From: Trypanosoma brucei
Lineage: Eukaryota
DNA: 64,000 nucleotides
Assembly (NCBI GenBank): GCA_000002445.1
Contig: CM000208.1
Location: 3,712,001 to 3,776,000 of the forward strand
Direction of reading: 5' to 3'
Every line of letters starts with the position of its first letter. The first letter of the stretch is position 1. The notes beneath the pieces were generated by a model. It was not told the origin of the DNA. It did no database searches and worked only from the letters and a program-made list of their open reading frames with translations. Positions 62,462-64,000 of the stretch are shown here, one piece after another. The translations under genes were made by a program, and so were the position numbers.

Positions 62462-64000
62462 ATGCTTTTCCTGGAACCTGAAGTTGATTATTTCAGGATG
62501 CAGCTGCATCATCTGGCGATTCCTACCAGCATATGCATACCCAGCGTCCCAAAAACCTCCCGCAATCCCGAAACAAGAGCAAATGGTGATCAAGAATGTG
62601 AAACTGGGGGCGAAAACGCCAAGGTGGACGGCACAGTCCCGTTTATCACACAGGAAGAACAAAACAAAGTTATACAACGTGCTCTCCGAGTGGCGCTCTA
62701 CCAGCGTTTTCCGTACGAAAGCTATGACACGCTAGAGAATGTGTATATTTTAGCTGTCACACATTTGGCTTTGCCGCTAATTGGTGACACGGGTTTGAGT
62801 TACGAGGACCTGGCAACTCTTGAAATTTGCGAGCATTCCCTTCCACCAGAGTTGAGGCATCGGACGTTCCCTTCACATCTTAACGCATTGATCGCACAAA
62901 GGAATCCCCCCGACAGTGGAAGTGTTATACAAGACAGAATGTTAGATCATAGCGCGACACAGGGCTCCTCGGAAGAGGGCACAGGGAAACAGCGCTTTAA
63001 CGACAGCTATTTTATTCTTATTCCTGATCTCACAGACGAGCAGGCGATGGTTTATTGTAAAGGAAGGCAGTATGCGGGCTCAATGCTGGGCAGTGGCAAG
63101 GCATCCGTTGGACCTGCGTCCGACGCTGCCCGTTTTTCCCGCAGCACCCTATGGGATGATGCACGGCATTCTCGTGCGAACGCCTTGGAAGGGCCCAGTG
63201 AAGATCTACTTTCCTTTCATGTGGTGGAGGGAGATATGATTCACTACGTGGAGACATCTCAGGGAGGTTTGAGCGAGCCAGCGCCACGTTCCTTGAGATT
63301 TGCCGCTTTCAAGGTGGCACTGAGTCAGTTTTCGTTTGAAGAACAGCAGTACTATACAAAGAAACGAGAGGAGGTACGCTCTCATGGTAGCACAACGACG
63401 CTCTGGGGATCGACACTACACTCCTCAGAGGCAAACGAAGTCCACATCAACAAAACAGTGCGGACCATTTTAGCTTCGGAAGTACCGGGGAGATGGCGTG
63501 CTGAAGAAGAGGAGGCAATGAAGAAGTTTTTTACCAAGTGTAACTCTGTTCTCAGGGCTTACTCAACCCCTTCCAGCCAGATGGATGATGCATCAAAGGG
63601 AGACGGCGGGGTGCTAGCCCCGAAACAGCCGGGGGCATCTGTCTCAGATGAACATAAAACAAGAAATGTGGCGGAATCTTTGGGGCAGACCGAAAGACTC
63701 TCTCATCTGTATGGGGTCCGCAGATTAGTTTATTCTTTCGCCGCGTGTGACTGTTACCATCTTGTTGCAGAGGATAACAACCCGCTTTACTACGCCAAGT
63801 CCAGCCGTGCTACATACAAGCCTCATACGGTAAATGTTACGCTGATCTCCGACCTAACTGTTTCGCCTCGGTTAACGCCCGCCTTCTCGGCATCGCCCCA
63901 ACGGTGCTTAGGAGCTCGAATCGGCACAACAAAGACTGTGGAAGGGCTCGTAGTATCGAACCAGCCTTCCCGTGCACAATCACCGGACATCAAACCATGC
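62462..64000 (+). CDS. hypothetical protein, 3' end truncated by window
   Basis: By manual translation one frame is open from the stop at 62387-62389 to the window end; first ATG is 62462 (MLFLEPEVDYFRMQLHH...). It is not in the ORF track because it has no stop. Coding-like composition. No family recognised. Confidence 0.5.
   Translation, partial: MLFLEPEVDYFRMQLHHLAIPTSICIPSVPKTSRNPETRANGDQECETGGENAKVDGTVPFITQEEQNKVIQRALRVALYQRFPYESYDTLENVYILAVTHLALPLIGDTGLSYEDLATLEICEHSLPPELRHRTFPSHLNALIAQRNPPDSGSVIQDRMLDHSATQGSSEEGTGKQRFNDSYFILIPDLTDEQAMVYCKGRQYAGSMLGSGKASVGPASDAARFSRSTLWDDARHSRANALEGPSEDLLSFHVVEGDMIHYVETSQGGLSEPAPRSLRFAAFKVALSQFSFEEQQYYTKKREEVRSHGSTTTLWGSTLHSSEANEVHINKTVRTILASEVPGRWRAEEEEAMKKFFTKCNSVLRAYSTPSSQMDDASKGDGGVLAPKQPGASVSDEHKTRNVAESLGQTERLSHLYGVRRLVYSFAACDCYHLVAEDNNPLYYAKSSRATYKPHTVNVTLISDLTVSPRLTPAFSASPQRCLGARIGTTKTVEGLVVSNQPSRAQSPDIKPC

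Overview
All features here are on the + strand. There is no strand switch, no rRNA, tRNA or CRISPR, and no transposon ORF. This matches a kinetoplastid directional gene cluster transcribed polycistronically and processed by trans-splicing. A Trypanosoma brucei-like source is an inference from the gene content: a glycosomal malate dehydrogenase ending in -SKL, GDP-mannose 4,6-dehydratase, and many orphan low-complexity proteins.

I annotate 26 protein-coding genes, two of them truncated by the window ends. Recognisable products are:
- glycosomal malate dehydrogenase (gMDH), an NDUFAF5-like methyltransferase, a tail-anchored ankyrin protein
- ESCRT-II Vps36, an auxin-efflux-carrier-type transporter, GDP-mannose 4,6-dehydratase (GMD)
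- GOS28-like Qb-SNARE, SRP72, an ABCF ATPase, GARP Vps53
- an LC8 dynein light chain, a tandem FKBP pair, a FYVE protein
- an LST8-like WD40 protein with large insertions, a TruA-type pseudouridine synthase, a DAGKc lipid kinase
- several hypothetical proteins

The ORF track calls GTG/TTG/CTG as starts, so for seven genes I moved the start to the first in-frame ATG. Intergenic regions are pyrimidine-rich with polyY-AG motifs and carry (TA)n, (TG)n, (CAA)n, (ATT)n microsatellites plus G- and C-homopolymers. A 3-kb ORF-free low-complexity stretch lies between the FYVE gene and LST8.

I see no prokaryote-style defence or mobile system. The points worth a second look are protein-architecture oddities (insertions in LST8, a degenerate FKBP paralog, an extended LC8, an unusually large pseudouridine synthase homolog whose catalytic Asp I could not align by eye, an insertion-bearing lipid kinase), the microsatellite-rich gene desert, G4 motifs, and a stable stem-loop just after one stop codon.
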